Shown: positions 11,112 through 21,285, counted from the first letter of the stretch. The stretch: DNA of 64,000 bases from Devosia sp. (GCA_051959485.1 JBQCFF010000296.1:568-64567); one strand, 5' to 3'. Program-made: numbers and translations. The notes: generated from the letters alone by a model not told the origin.

Positions 11112-11156
11112 GGAGCGTCAATGTGCAAGCCCTTCGATCTGCGCTAGTGGAACGGA

Positions 11157-11747
11157 ATGGAACAAAGCGAGAGCCGCAACGCCATCAAGCGGCTGGCCGA
11201 AGAACTGCTGGTGCGCCATGGCTACCGCGGCATGAGCTATGCGGAGATCGCCAGTGGGCTCGGCGTTACGCGGGCCAACATCCATTATCATTTCGGCTCG
11301 AAGGCGGCCCTGATCGACGAAGTGCTCGCCGACTATGTGGCGGCGACCCTCGATTCCCTGCGCGCGGTCTGGGATCGCAAGGACAGCAGTCTGTCCGACA
11401 AGATCAGCCAGATGCTGGCGTTCAGCCGTCAGCGCTATGACCGCTTCAACGCCGCCGGCGGGACCGTCCGGCCATGGAGCCTGATTTCCCGCCTTCGGCA
11501 GGACGAGGACCTGCTTTCCGATGCAGGACGTGCCCGCCTTGCCTGTTTCTCGACCGAACTGCGCAAGGTCTTCGCTCGCGCGCTCGATCGCGCAGCCGCG
11601 GCGGGGGAAATCCGCGGCGACGTCGAAGCCGCCACTGTCCTGCTCGTCGCCATCGCTGACAGCGCGGCCCCGATCACCATCGCCGAAGGTGGCTTCGCGG
11701 GCCTTGAAGCGGCCTACGACGCGCTGGAACGGCTGGCCGTCAGATAA
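11157..11747 (+). CDS. TetR/AcrR family transcriptional regulator
   Basis: GYRGMSYAEIASGLGVTRANIHYHFGSK HTH. Confidence 0.93.
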   Translation: MEQSESRNAIKRLAEELLVRHGYRGMSYAEIASGLGVTRANIHYHFGSKAALIDEVLADYVAATLDSLRAVWDRKDSSLSDKISQMLAFSRQRYDRFNAAGGTVRPWSLISRLRQDEDLLSDAGRARLACFSTELRKVFARALDRAAAAGEIRGDVEAATVLLVAIADSAAPITIAEGGFAGLEAAYDALERLAVR

Positions 11748-11913
11748 CGCCCGCGCCGAGAAGCAGCCTGACCATTGTTGCACTCCGTCCGAGCGGCTAC
11801 GTATTGGCCGCAACGTCATCCGGAAGGGTCGAGAAAGCGCGCCGAACAGGGTGCGACCACCGCAACACTTGCAGTCCGCCACCGGCGGCGGGACCATCGC
11901 CAGAGACGAGGCA

Positions 11914-14268
11914 ATGCCGCATACGACCTCCATTCCCGCCGGCCGTGCGCCGCTGATCGACCGCACCCGCAAGCGGCGGGCGGTGCTCGAGGCTTCCGAG
12001 CCCATCGTACTCCTCGAGGCGCCCGCCGGCACGGGCAAGTCGGTGCTCCTCAGCCAGCTTGCCGCCGAGCTGCGGCTCCCCGTCCACCGCGCTCCCACGG
12101 CGCCGCCCGAAACGGAGGCGCCCGTCATCCTGTGGGACATCCCGCCACACGGCACCCCGGCGCCCCTGCCGGAAGTCTTCGCCTCCGACGCCCGCCGCAT
12201 CGTCATCGCAAAGCGACCCGAAACCGCCCTGCCCGGCCTCGATCGCGCCGAACTCTACGGCCATGTCCGCCGCTTCGGCACCACCGACCTGCTGATCGAG
12301 CGCGACGAGTTGCTCGAAGCCCTGCCCGCCCGCCACGCCGACCGCATCCTCGCTGGCTCCCGAGGCTGGCCGCTGCTGGTGGGCGGCGCGCCCGCCGGCG
12401 CCACCGGGCTCGCACGCTTCCTCGAGAGCGAGTTCGTCGCCCCGATGAGCGGCGCCGAGCTTGCCGCCCTCGCCGCCTGGCTCGACGGTCACCCGGTCGA
12501 GCCCGCGACGCCCGGACTGCTGCCGCTCCTCGATCTCGTCCGCCCCGCCCTCGCCCAGGCAGTCGAGGCCGCCCTCGCCGCGCGCCGAGGCGACCGCGAG
12601 CAGGCCGCCGCGCTCGCCACCGGCTATGTCGGGATCGGCCTCCTCACCGAAGCCGCCACCACGTTCCAGGCCGCCGGCCGCTACGACGACGCCTTCGCCG
12701 CCTTTGCCGCCGGGGGCGGCCGCTTCTACCTCTATCGCCAGGGCTCGGCCGCGGTCGACCGCATCCTCGCCGGCTTCCCGGCCGAGTACGCGCTCGGCAA
12801 CGACACGCTGGTGATGAGCCTCGCCATGCAGGCGCTGAAGCGCGGCGAAGTCGCCCGCGCCCGCCGCCTCATCGCCGACCGCTTCGGCAGCGGCATCAAC
12901 GACGTGCGCCGCGTCTTCACCAGCCGCGACTGCTACAGCACGGACCTCGTCGCCTTCCGCGTCGTCATGCTGATCTACGAGGATTACCAGCTCACCGACG
13001 AACTCTTCGACCAGGTGTTCGGCACGCTGGCCGACCTGCCGGTAGACGCGCACATCCTGCGCGGCGCCTTCTACAATTCGGTGCTCGAGTTCTACATCCG
13101 CAGCCGCCAGTTCGCCGCCGCCGAGGACGTGGCACAGCGCGCCCTCCATCACTACGAACAGGCGAGCGTACCGATGCTCGCCTTCTACATCGCCCTGCAC
13201 CGCGCCCTGATGCGCCTGTTGATGGGCGACGCGATCAACGCCCGGCAGCACGCGGAACAGGCGGCGCGCTACCTCGGCACCATCGGCTTCGACAGCCCGG
13301 GCGACGCGCGGCTCCTGAAACTTCTCGACGCCTGCATCGACTACGAGGGTGGCAAGCCCGAGCCGCTCGCCCGTTTCCTCTCCACCGAACTCGACGATTT
13401 CATCCGCGGCGAGATCTGGCCGAGCCTGATCGAGTTTGCGCTCCATTACGGCAGCCAGGCGCTGAGCGAGCACTTTTCCACCATCGCCGCCCGCAACTTC
13501 CTCGATCGCTGGCGCGTCTACCAGGTGTCCAACCGGCAGTTCGGGGTGATGATCGAGCTGCGCGAGGCCGCCATCCTGCAGAATGCCAACCGCTGGCAGG
13601 AGGCGGCCGAAAAGACCGCGGCGCTCGCTACCCACATCACCCGCGCCTGGGTCGCCGCCGCGGGCGAGGAGCTCGAACGGCTCAAGGATCGCGACGAGAT
13701 CGTGCAGGCCATGATCTGGCTGCGCCACATCGTCTACGAGCAGCCGACGCGGCCGCATCTGGAGCGGCAGCTCGGTCACATCATCCGCAACCTCAACCTC
13801 ACCGGCCGGCAGCGGCTGTGCGCCGAGGTGTGGCTGGCGTTCGTCCACAAGCGCCAGCGCAACCTGTCGCGCGCCCGCGCCCTGCTGCAGAAGGTGTTCG
13901 AGGAGGCTGCCCGCCTCGGCGCCATCGCCCCGCTTGCCGAAGAGCGCGTCTTCCTCGTCGAACTGGTGGAGCAGCAGCGCATCGGCCAGTACCTCGAAAT
14001 CTCCGCGCCGGTACGGCAGGTGCTGCGCCGCCTGCGCGACGGCGGCCTGCCCAACTCGGCGCTCGGCGCGCAGAACGGGCTCAGCCGCCGCGAGACCAAG
14101 GTGCTGATGATGATCTCGGAGGGCTCGTCCAACAAGTTCATCGCCAATGCGCTGGGCTTGAGCGAGGCGACGGTGAAGTTTCATCTCTCGAACACCTACC
14201 GCAAGCTCGGCTGCACGCGGCGGCGCGAGGCGATCAGTGCCGCCCGGGCGCTGGGACTGGTGAGCTAG
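11914..14268 (+). CDS. MalT-like (large ATP-binding LuxR) transcriptional regulator
   Basis: N-terminal LLEAPAGTGKS P-loop, GWP motif, helical-repeat middle, C-terminal LSRRETKVL..G.SNKFIA..L.LSEATVKFHL...YRKLG LuxR HTH; ATG at 11914 after GAGG. Confidence 0.88.
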   Translation: MPHTTSIPAGRAPLIDRTRKRRAVLEASEPIVLLEAPAGTGKSVLLSQLAAELRLPVHRAPTAPPETEAPVILWDIPPHGTPAPLPEVFASDARRIVIAKRPETALPGLDRAELYGHVRRFGTTDLLIERDELLEALPARHADRILAGSRGWPLLVGGAPAGATGLARFLESEFVAPMSGAELAALAAWLDGHPVEPATPGLLPLLDLVRPALAQAVEAALAARRGDREQAAALATGYVGIGLLTEAATTFQAAGRYDDAFAAFAAGGGRFYLYRQGSAAVDRILAGFPAEYALGNDTLVMSLAMQALKRGEVARARRLIADRFGSGINDVRRVFTSRDCYSTDLVAFRVVMLIYEDYQLTDELFDQVFGTLADLPVDAHILRGAFYNSVLEFYIRSRQFAAAEDVAQRALHHYEQASVPMLAFYIALHRALMRLLMGDAINARQHAEQAARYLGTIGFDSPGDARLLKLLDACIDYEGGKPEPLARFLSTELDDFIRGEIWPSLIEFALHYGSQALSEHFSTIAARNFLDRWRVYQVSNRQFGVMIELREAAILQNANRWQEAAEKTAALATHITRAWVAAAGEELERLKDRDEIVQAMIWLRHIVYEQPTRPHLERQLGHIIRNLNLTGRQRLCAEVWLAFVHKRQRNLSRARALLQKVFEEAARLGAIAPLAEERVFLVELVEQQRIGQYLEISAPVRQVLRRLRDGGLPNSALGAQNGLSRRETKVLMMISEGSSNKFIANALGLSEATVKFHLSNTYRKLGCTRRREAISAARALGLVS

Positions 14269-14296
14269 AACCTAGACTATTTAGTCGAAAACCTAG
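14269..14296 (+). promoter_or_regulatory. Candidate LuxR-type activator site upstream of the ABC/hyuA/DUF917 operon
   Basis: AACCTAG direct repeats at 14269 and 14290 (21-bp period); GACTA-TT-TAGTC palindrome at 14275-14286. Confidence 0.45.
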
Positions 14297-14463
14297 CCGT
14301 CTTTGCGCCTTGAGCGACATGCCCACCCATTGCCAAGCTCCCTCCTCGGGCTCGCGCGATCAAGAGGACGCGCCGGCCCCACAGGGCGCCGGTACAAGCC
14401 GGCCGTCTCCGGGCGCGGGGCAAAGCGCGCGGAGAGCGAAAAGGGACAGGGAACATCTCAGCA

Positions 14464-16014
14464 ATGACCATGCACAGGCTACTCGCAGCAACTGCTCTTT
14501 CGGCGCTCATGCTGGGCGTCGCGCCCGCCATGGCGGTGACCGTGACGATGAACACGGTGCAGATCTTCGGCACGATCGATCCGGCGAAGATCTCCGACTA
14601 CACCGACTACATGGCGGCCGTGAACCTCTACGACGGCCTCGTCACCGTCGACTCCGCCGGCAACATCGTCCCCGAGCTTGCTGAGAGCTGGACCGTGGCG
14701 GACGACGCCAGGGAAGTCACCTACACCCTCCGCGCCGACGCCAAGTTCGCCGACGGGTCACCCGTCGAGGCGAGCGACGTGGTCTATACCGTTGAGCGCC
14801 TGCTGCGCATCAACCAGGGCCCCGCCAACCTCTTCGCCGGCGTGCTCACTCCCGGCTCGGTCACCGCACTGGACGCCAGGACCGTGAAGTTCACGCTCTC
14901 AAAGACGTTCGCGCCGGTCCTCACCACCGTGCCCGCCATACTCATCCTCAACGAGGAGTTGGTGCAGGCCAACGAAGGCGGCGATGACGGGCAGACCTGG
15001 CTTGCCACCAACGTCGCCGGCGCCGGCGCCTACAGCCTCAAGAGCTGGGATCGCGGCAGCCAGATGACCATCACCCGCAACCCCGACTACTACAGGGGGT
15101 TCGGGGCCGGCCCGATCGACGAGGTCCGCTGGATCATCACCAACGACGAGGCCACGGTGCGTTCGCTCGCCGCTTCCGGCGAGCTGACCATGTCGAGCCA
15201 GTTCCAGTCCCCCGACACCTACACGGCGCTGGAGGGGATGGGTCGCTTCGTCATCGCCAAGGAAGAGACCTCGACGGCGTTCTACCTCAAGCTCAACACC
15301 AAGGCCGCGCCGACCGACGACGTCCACATCCGCAAGGCCATCGCGCTTGCCACCGACTACGCCACCATCCGCGAGGTGATCTCGCCGGGCGGCGTGCTGT
15401 CGACGCCGCTTCCCAAGGCCTTTGCGACATTCCATGCCGACGATATCCCCGAACCGGCCTATGACCTCGAGGCAGCCAAGGCCGAAGTCGCGCTGTCGAA
15501 GTATGCGGGCTCGCCCATCCCGATCACCCTGGGCTACGTAGCCGGCACGAAGTTCGAGGAAGAGATCAGCCTCCTCATGCAGTCCAACCTCGAACAGCTC
15601 GGCTTCGTGGTGACCCAACAGGCCGATCCCTGGAACCGCATCACCGAGATCGCGGCAAAGGTGGAGACCACGCCGAACGTGAACCAGATCTTCTTCGGCC
15701 CCACCTATCCTTCGCCGGATTCGATGTTCTTCACGCAGTACCACTCTGACGCGGCCGGCACCTGGGCCTCGATGGAGTGGGTACAGGACCCGGAGATCGA
15801 CGCGCTCATCGACGAGGCCCGCGGCACCGGCGACACCGCGAAGCAGGCCGAGATCTACAAGACCGTGCAGCACAAGCTGGTCGACCTGCAGTCCGACGTG
15901 TTCCTCAACACCCAGACCGTGCAGCACGCCATGGACAAGTGCCTGACCGGCTTCAAGGCCGTGCCCATGATGTCGTTCGACTACGACTTCACCCGCTACA
16001 GCTGGACCTGCTGA
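14464..16014 (+). CDS. Peptide/nickel-type (family 5) ABC transporter substrate-binding protein
   Basis: Signal peptide, NLYDGLV, PELAESW, LR.DAKFADG.PV.A.DVVYT. Confidence 0.92.
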   Translation: MTMHRLLAATALSALMLGVAPAMAVTVTMNTVQIFGTIDPAKISDYTDYMAAVNLYDGLVTVDSAGNIVPELAESWTVADDAREVTYTLRADAKFADGSPVEASDVVYTVERLLRINQGPANLFAGVLTPGSVTALDARTVKFTLSKTFAPVLTTVPAILILNEELVQANEGGDDGQTWLATNVAGAGAYSLKSWDRGSQMTITRNPDYYRGFGAGPIDEVRWIITNDEATVRSLAASGELTMSSQFQSPDTYTALEGMGRFVIAKEETSTAFYLKLNTKAAPTDDVHIRKAIALATDYATIREVISPGGVLSTPLPKAFATFHADDIPEPAYDLEAAKAEVALSKYAGSPIPITLGYVAGTKFEEEISLLMQSNLEQLGFVVTQQADPWNRITEIAAKVETTPNVNQIFFGPTYPSPDSMFFTQYHSDAAGTWASMEWVQDPEIDALIDEARGTGDTAKQAEIYKTVQHKLVDLQSDVFLNTQTVQHAMDKCLTGFKAVPMMSFDYDFTRYSWTC

Positions 16015-16020
16015 TAGCCC

Positions 16021-16047
16021 GGCGTCCCCGGCCCCACCGGGGACGCC
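16021..16047 (+). terminator. Intra-operon stem-loop after the SBP gene (mRNA stabiliser or attenuator)
   Basis: GGCGTCCCCGG-CCCCA-CCGGGGACGCC perfect 11-bp stem, no U-tract. Confidence 0.6.
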
Positions 16048-16094
16048 CCTCCACCCGCACCACGCATTACTCCCTTCACCAGGGCGGGCTGCCT

Positions 16095-17117
16095 TTGGAA
16101 TTCCTGCTTTTCCTTCTCCGGCGCATATTGTGGTCGATCCTCGTCCTCGTGGGGCTGTCGATCGTCATCTTCGCGATCGCCCGAGTCGTCCCGGGTGATC
16201 CGGCGCGCATGGCGCTCGGTCCCACCGCCACCGCCGAGCAGGTCGCCGACCTGCAGGAGAAGCTCGGCCTCAACAGGCCGATCGTCGAGCAGTACGGCAT
16301 GTTCATCGCCGGCCTCAGCCGCGGCGACCTCGGCCGCTCGCTGCTCACCGAGCGCCCGGTCAACGACGACATCCGCGAGACCTTCGCTGCCACCTTCGAG
16401 CTCGTGCTCGCCACCATCACCCTCGCCTTCGTCCTCGGCGTGCCGCTCGGCGTCGCCGCGGCGCGCTGGAAGGACAAGTGGCCGGATACGCTGGTGCGCG
16501 TGCTCGCCATCTTCTCTGCGGTGACGCCGAGCTTCTTCGCCGCCCTGCTGCTCCAGATCCTCGCTGGCTACGTCCTCCACATCCTGCCCACCACCGGGCG
16601 GCTGCCGCACAACATGGAGTTCGTCGCCAACATCACCGGCCTGCTGACGGTGGATTCGCTTCTGCGCGGCCGCCTCGACGTCTTTGCCGAGTCCCTGCGC
16701 TACCTGCTGCTGCCCGCGACTGCGCTGGCACTCGCCACCATGGGCCAGATCGCCCGCATCACCCGCTCGTCGATGATCGACGTATCGAGCCAGGATTACA
16801 TCGAGGCGAGCCGCGCCTTCGGGGTGCCGGAGCCGATCCGTGTGTTCAAGTACATGCTTCGTCCGAGTTTCGTGCCGCCGCTGACCATCCTCGGGCTCGA
16901 GTTCGCCTCGCTCATCGGCAACGCCTTCGTGGTGGAGCTGGTCTTTGCCTGGCCCGGCATGGCCGCCTACGGCATCCGCACCATCCTCCAGAAGGACCTC
17001 AACGCAGTGATGGGCGTGGTGATGGTCTCGGGCGTGTTCTTTGTCATCGTCAATCTCGTCATCGACGTGCTCGTGGGCTTCATCGATCCCCGCGTCCGCA
17101 TCCGGGGGAGCCGCTGA
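16095..17117 (+). CDS. ABC transporter permease (DppB-like)
   Basis: VPGDPA, GDLGRS, TRSSM...QDYI..RAFG, VELVFAWPG, IDPRVR; likely TTG start. Confidence 0.92.
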   Translation: MEFLLFLLRRILWSILVLVGLSIVIFAIARVVPGDPARMALGPTATAEQVADLQEKLGLNRPIVEQYGMFIAGLSRGDLGRSLLTERPVNDDIRETFAATFELVLATITLAFVLGVPLGVAAARWKDKWPDTLVRVLAIFSAVTPSFFAALLLQILAGYVLHILPTTGRLPHNMEFVANITGLLTVDSLLRGRLDVFAESLRYLLLPATALALATMGQIARITRSSMIDVSSQDYIEASRAFGVPEPIRVFKYMLRPSFVPPLTILGLEFASLIGNAFVVELVFAWPGMAAYGIRTILQKDLNAVMGVVMVSGVFFVIVNLVIDVLVGFIDPRVRIRGSR

Positions 17118-17118
17118 G

Positions 17119-18006
17119 ATGGCAACGCGAACCGCCCCCGCCGCTCCGCCGCGCCGGCTCTCGAACGCCTACCAGAACTGGTACCGCTTCTCGCGCAATC
17201 CCACTGCCGTTATCGGCGCAGCCATCGTGATCCTCGCGATCCTCGCCGCCATCCTCGCGCCGTGGATCACCCCGCATCCCGATCATGTCGGCGCCGTGGT
17301 GAACTTCCGCGCCCGCCACCTGCCGCCCTCGGCAGAGTACTGGTTCGGCACCGACAATGTCGGGCGCGACATCTTCAGCCGCGTGATCTTCGGGCTTCGC
17401 ATCTCGCTGCTGCTGGCCCTGGTGGTGCTCGGCATCGCCATCCCGGTTGGCACGACGCTCGGCCTCCTCGCCGGCTATTTCGGCGGCTGGGTCGAGATCG
17501 TCATCATGCGCCTCACGGACATCGCGCTCGCCATTCCGCCGCTGGTAATGGCACTGGCTGTCGCCGCGGTGCTGAGCCCCGACCTCATCAACTCCATGCT
17601 GGCCATCGCCGCGCTGTGGTGGACCTGGCACACGCGCCTCATCTACTCGATTACCCGCCAGCTCAGGACGCAGGAGTTCGTCGAGGCGGCCGAAACCCTC
17701 GGCGCGAGCAAGTTCCACATCCTGTTCCGCGAGATCCTGCCCAACTGTGTTTCGGCGCTGGCGGTGAAGACCTCGCTCGATGCCGGCTTCGTCATCCTCG
17801 TCGGCGCGTCGCTCAGCTTCCTCGGCCTCGGCATCCAACCGCCGACCCCGGATCTCGGCACCATGGTCGCCTCCGGCTCGGCCTTCCTGCCCGACTACTG
17901 GTGGGAGTCCGTGCTGCCGGGCTGTGCCATTCTCATCGTGGCGCTCGGCTTCAACCTGCTCGGCGACGGCCTCCGCGACCTGTTCGACGTGCAGGAGGTG
18001 CGCTGA
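17119..18006 (+). CDS. ABC transporter permease (DppC-like)
   Basis: FGTDNVGRDIFSR, EFVEAAETLGAS, LSFLGLGIQPPTPDLG, FNLLGDGLRD. Confidence 0.93.
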   Translation: MATRTAPAAPPRRLSNAYQNWYRFSRNPTAVIGAAIVILAILAAILAPWITPHPDHVGAVVNFRARHLPPSAEYWFGTDNVGRDIFSRVIFGLRISLLLALVVLGIAIPVGTTLGLLAGYFGGWVEIVIMRLTDIALAIPPLVMALAVAAVLSPDLINSMLAIAALWWTWHTRLIYSITRQLRTQEFVEAAETLGASKFHILFREILPNCVSALAVKTSLDAGFVILVGASLSFLGLGIQPPTPDLGTMVASGSAFLPDYWWESVLPGCAILIVALGFNLLGDGLRDLFDVQEVR

Positions 18007-18851
18007 TGGCCGACGCCCTCCTCTCCGTCCGCAACCTGTCGGTCCAGTTCACCACCTATGGCCAGACCAACCAGGTGCTGAAGGGCGTATCGCTGGACGT
18101 CCCGGCCCGCTCGCAGATCGCGCTGGTGGGTGAAAGCGGCTCGGGCAAGACCGTGACCATGCGGGCCATCATGGGCCTGCTGCGCACTCCGCCGGCGAAG
18201 ATCACCGGCGGCGAGATTTTCTACGACGACCGGGACCTCCTCACCATGCCTGGCCGCGAGCGCCTGAAGCTGCGCGGCACCGCGATGTCCATGGTGTTCC
18301 AAGACCCGATGAGCTCGCTCAACCCGGTGTTCACCATCGCCGACCAGATGGGCACGATCCTGAAATATGCCGACCGCCGCCTCGATCGCAGCCGCGGCAA
18401 GAAGGAGCGGATGGCGCGCGTCCACGAAGTGCTGAGCCAGGTCCGCATGCGCGACCCCGAGCGCGTCGCCCGTTCCTATCCGATCATGCTGTCGGGCGGG
18501 ATGCGCCAGCGCGTGCTGATCGCCATGGCGCTGCTGAGCGAGCCCAAGCTCCTCATCGCCGACGAGCCGGGGACCGCCCTCGATGTCACGACGCAGGCGC
18601 AGATCCTGAAGCTCCTCAAGGACCTTGTCGAGGAGCGCGGCCTCGCCCTGCTGATGATCACCCACAACCTGGGCGTCGTGCGCGAGACCTCGAACTACGT
18701 CTACGTGATGAACAAGGGCGTCGTGGTTGAGCACCGGCCCACCGCCGAGCTCTTCGAGACTCCGCGCGAGGACTACACCAAGGCCCTCATCGCTGCCGTT
18801 CCCCGGCTTACCGGTGGCACCAGCTTCGGCAAGGCAGGGGCGGCCGCATGA
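18006..18851 (+). CDS. ABC transporter ATP-binding protein (DppD-like)
   Basis: [35 protein letters not shown]. Confidence 0.93.
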   Translation: MADALLSVRNLSVQFTTYGQTNQVLKGVSLDVPARSQIALVGESGSGKTVTMRAIMGLLRTPPAKITGGEIFYDDRDLLTMPGRERLKLRGTAMSMVFQDPMSSLNPVFTIADQMGTILKYADRRLDRSRGKKERMARVHEVLSQVRMRDPERVARSYPIMLSGGMRQRVLIAMALLSEPKLLIADEPGTALDVTTQAQILKLLKDLVEERGLALLMITHNLGVVRETSNYVYVMNKGVVVEHRPTAELFETPREDYTKALIAAVPRLTGGTSFGKAGAAA

Positions 18852-19741
18852 CCGACATGCTGAAGATCGTCGGGCTCACGAAGCTCTTCCCCGTCCGCAA
18901 CGGCTTTGGCCGGCAAACCGGCGAAGTCCGTGCCGTGGACAGCGTCTCGTTCTCGATCGAAAAGGGCAGGGTGTACGGCCTCGCCGGCGAGAGCGGGTCC
19001 GGCAAATCCACCATCGCTCGCATGATCATGGGGCTCACCAGGCCGACGAGCGGCGACATCCTGCTCGATGGGCACAATATCACCGGAGAAACCGGCACCC
19101 GCGCCTATGGCCGCAAGGTGCAGATGGTGTTCCAGAACCCCGGCTCGTCGCTTAACCCGCGCCGCACCGTCGGCCAGTCGCTCGCGGTGCCGCTCGCGGC
19201 GCATGGCACGCCGGGGAGCGGGCACAGGCGACGCATCGCCGAGTTGCTCGAAATGGTGCAACTGCCGGCCGATTTCGCCCTGCGCTACCCGCACGAGCTA
19301 TCCGGCGGCCAGAAGCAGCGCGTCGCCATCGCCCGCGCCCTGGCCGTAGCCCCGCAACTGCTGATCCTCGATGAGCCGACTTCGGCTCTCGACGTCTCGG
19401 TACAGGCCCGCGTCATAGACCTCCTCGTCGATCTCGGCCGGCAGCTCGGGCTCACTTACCTCTTCATCTCGCACGACCTCAGCTTGATGCGGAACTTCGC
19501 CGACACCGTCGGCGTGCTCTACCTCGGCAAGATCGTCGAGACCGGTCCCACTGCGGCGGTCTTCGAGAACCCGCAGCACGACTACACGCGGCTCCTCCTC
19601 GCTTCCGTGCCGGTCATCTCGGCCGAGGAGGAAGCCATGCGACCAAAGATCCCGCTGATCGACGGCGAAATCCCGACCGCGGAACAACTCATCGCGCTCC
19701 GGGGCGGAGCAGCACCAGTCTCTCAAAGGACAGAAAAATGA
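18848..19741 (+). CDS. ABC transporter ATP-binding protein (DppF-like)
   Basis: GESGSGKS, YPHELSGGQKQR, DEPTSALDVS. Confidence 0.93.
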   Translation: MTDMLKIVGLTKLFPVRNGFGRQTGEVRAVDSVSFSIEKGRVYGLAGESGSGKSTIARMIMGLTRPTSGDILLDGHNITGETGTRAYGRKVQMVFQNPGSSLNPRRTVGQSLAVPLAAHGTPGSGHRRRIAELLEMVQLPADFALRYPHELSGGQKQRVAIARALAVAPQLLILDEPTSALDVSVQARVIDLLVDLGRQLGLTYLFISHDLSLMRNFADTVGVLYLGKIVETGPTAAVFENPQHDYTRLLLASVPVISAEEEAMRPKIPLIDGEIPTAEQLIALRGGAAPVSQRTEK

Positions 19742-21285
19742 TCAGAATTGGCATCGACGTCGGCGGCACCAATACGGACGCCGTCGTCATGGATGGCGCG
19801 ACCGTCATCGCCGGGCTCAAGGCGGCGACCACCGGCGACGTGATGACCGGCGTCGTCAACGCGCTCAAGGCCGTACTCGAAGCCAGCAAGACGGACGCCT
19901 CGGCCGTCGACGTGGTGATGATCGGCACCACGCACTTCACCAACGCCGTGGTGCAGCGCCGTGACCTGGCGAAGACCGCCGCCGTGCGCCTCGGCCTTCC
20001 CGCGACGGCCTCGCTGCCCCCTATGGTCGACTGGCCCGACGACCTCAAGGCGGCGATCGGCGGCCACGGCTACCTCGCGCATGGCGGCAACGAGTTCGAC
20101 GGCCGGGTCATCTCGCCTATCGACGAGAAGGAGTTGCTCGGCATCGCCGAGGACATCAAGTCCAAGGGCATCAACACCATCGCCATCACCTCGGTGTTCT
20201 CGCCGGTGACTGCTGAGTTCGAGAAGCAGGCCGGCGAAATCCTCGCCAAGGCCCTGCCCGGCGTCCACATCACGCTTTCGAGCGATATCGGCCGCATCGG
20301 GCTCCTCGAACGCGAGAACGCTGCGATCATGAACGCCTGCCTGCGCGACCTCTCGAAGCACGTCATCGAGGCCTTCCGCAAGGCGATCGCCGAGACCGGT
20401 ATCAGGGGCCGCTTCTACCTCACCCAGAACGACGGCACCCTCATGGATGCCGAGTTCGCCGAGAAGTTCCCGGTGCTGACCTTCGCCTCGGGGCCGACGA
20501 ACTCGATGCGCGGCGCCGCTTTCCTGTCGGGCGTGCAGGATGCCATCGTCGTCGATATCGGCGGCACCACCTCCGACGTGGGCTCGCTTCACAAGGGCTT
20601 CCCGCGCCAGGCGACCGTGGCCGTCGAGGTGGGCGGTGTCCGCACCAACTTCCGCATGCCCGACGTGTTCTCCATCGGCCTCGGCGGCGGCTCGCACGTC
20701 GTCGAGTCCGGTGGTGTCGTCAAGGTCGGCCCGACCTCCGTGGGCTACCGCATCGTCACCGAAGCCCTGATCTTCGGCGGCAAGACCCTCACGGCCTCCG
20801 ATGCCGTCGTCGCCTCCGGCCTCTACGACCTTGGCGACAAGTCGAAGGTTGCGCACCTCAAGCCCGACCTGGTCGAGCGTACCCAGGCCCGGATCATGTC
20901 GATGCTCGAGGATTGCGTCGAGCGCTCGCGCCTCTCGCCCGAACCGCTGCCGGTAATCGTCGTCGGCGGCGGCTCGATCCTCGTCAACGGCCCCATCGGC
21001 GGCCTCGAGGTGATCAAGCCGAACCACTTCGCCGTCGCCAACGCGGTCGGCGCCGCCATCGCGCAGGTGTCGGGCGAAGTCGACCGCGTCTACGCCCTGG
21101 CCGAAATCGGCCGCGAAGAAGCGCTGAACGACGCCAAGGCCCGCGCCACCGATGCGGCCGTCGCCGCCGGCGCGCTCCGCTCGTCCATCGAGATCGTCGA
21201 TGTCGAGGACGTGCCGCTCGCCTACCTCCCCGGCAATGCCACCCGTGTGCGCGTCAAGGCCGTCGGTGAACTGCATGTCGGATAA
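19738..21285 (+). CDS. Hydantoinase/oxoprolinase A (HyuA-like) N-terminal-domain protein, short form
   Basis: IGIDVGGTNTD, GTTHFTNA, ERENAAI.NA, SGPTNS.RGA, DIGGTTSDVG, SIGLGGGS, VANAVGAA; only 515 aa. Confidence 0.88.
   Translation: MIRIGIDVGGTNTDAVVMDGATVIAGLKAATTGDVMTGVVNALKAVLEASKTDASAVDVVMIGTTHFTNAVVQRRDLAKTAAVRLGLPATASLPPMVDWPDDLKAAIGGHGYLAHGGNEFDGRVISPIDEKELLGIAEDIKSKGINTIAITSVFSPVTAEFEKQAGEILAKALPGVHITLSSDIGRIGLLERENAAIMNACLRDLSKHVIEAFRKAIAETGIRGRFYLTQNDGTLMDAEFAEKFPVLTFASGPTNSMRGAAFLSGVQDAIVVDIGGTTSDVGSLHKGFPRQATVAVEVGGVRTNFRMPDVFSIGLGGGSHVVESGGVVKVGPTSVGYRIVTEALIFGGKTLTASDAVVASGLYDLGDKSKVAHLKPDLVERTQARIMSMLEDCVERSRLSPEPLPVIVVGGGSILVNGPIGGLEVIKPNHFAVANAVGAAIAQVSGEVDRVYALAEIGREEALNDAKARATDAAVAAGALRSSIEIVDVEDVPLAYLPGNATRVRVKAVGELHVG

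Noticed and set aside
11521-11913. N-terminal extension of the 915-aa LuxR ORF
   Set aside because: Overlaps tetR in another frame; the ATG at 11914 has an RBS and directly precedes the P-loop region.
11775-14684. 969-aa plus-strand and 795-aa minus-strand ORFs over the LuxR gene
   Set aside because: Arg/Pro-rich alternative-frame and antisense artefacts of GC-biased codon usage.
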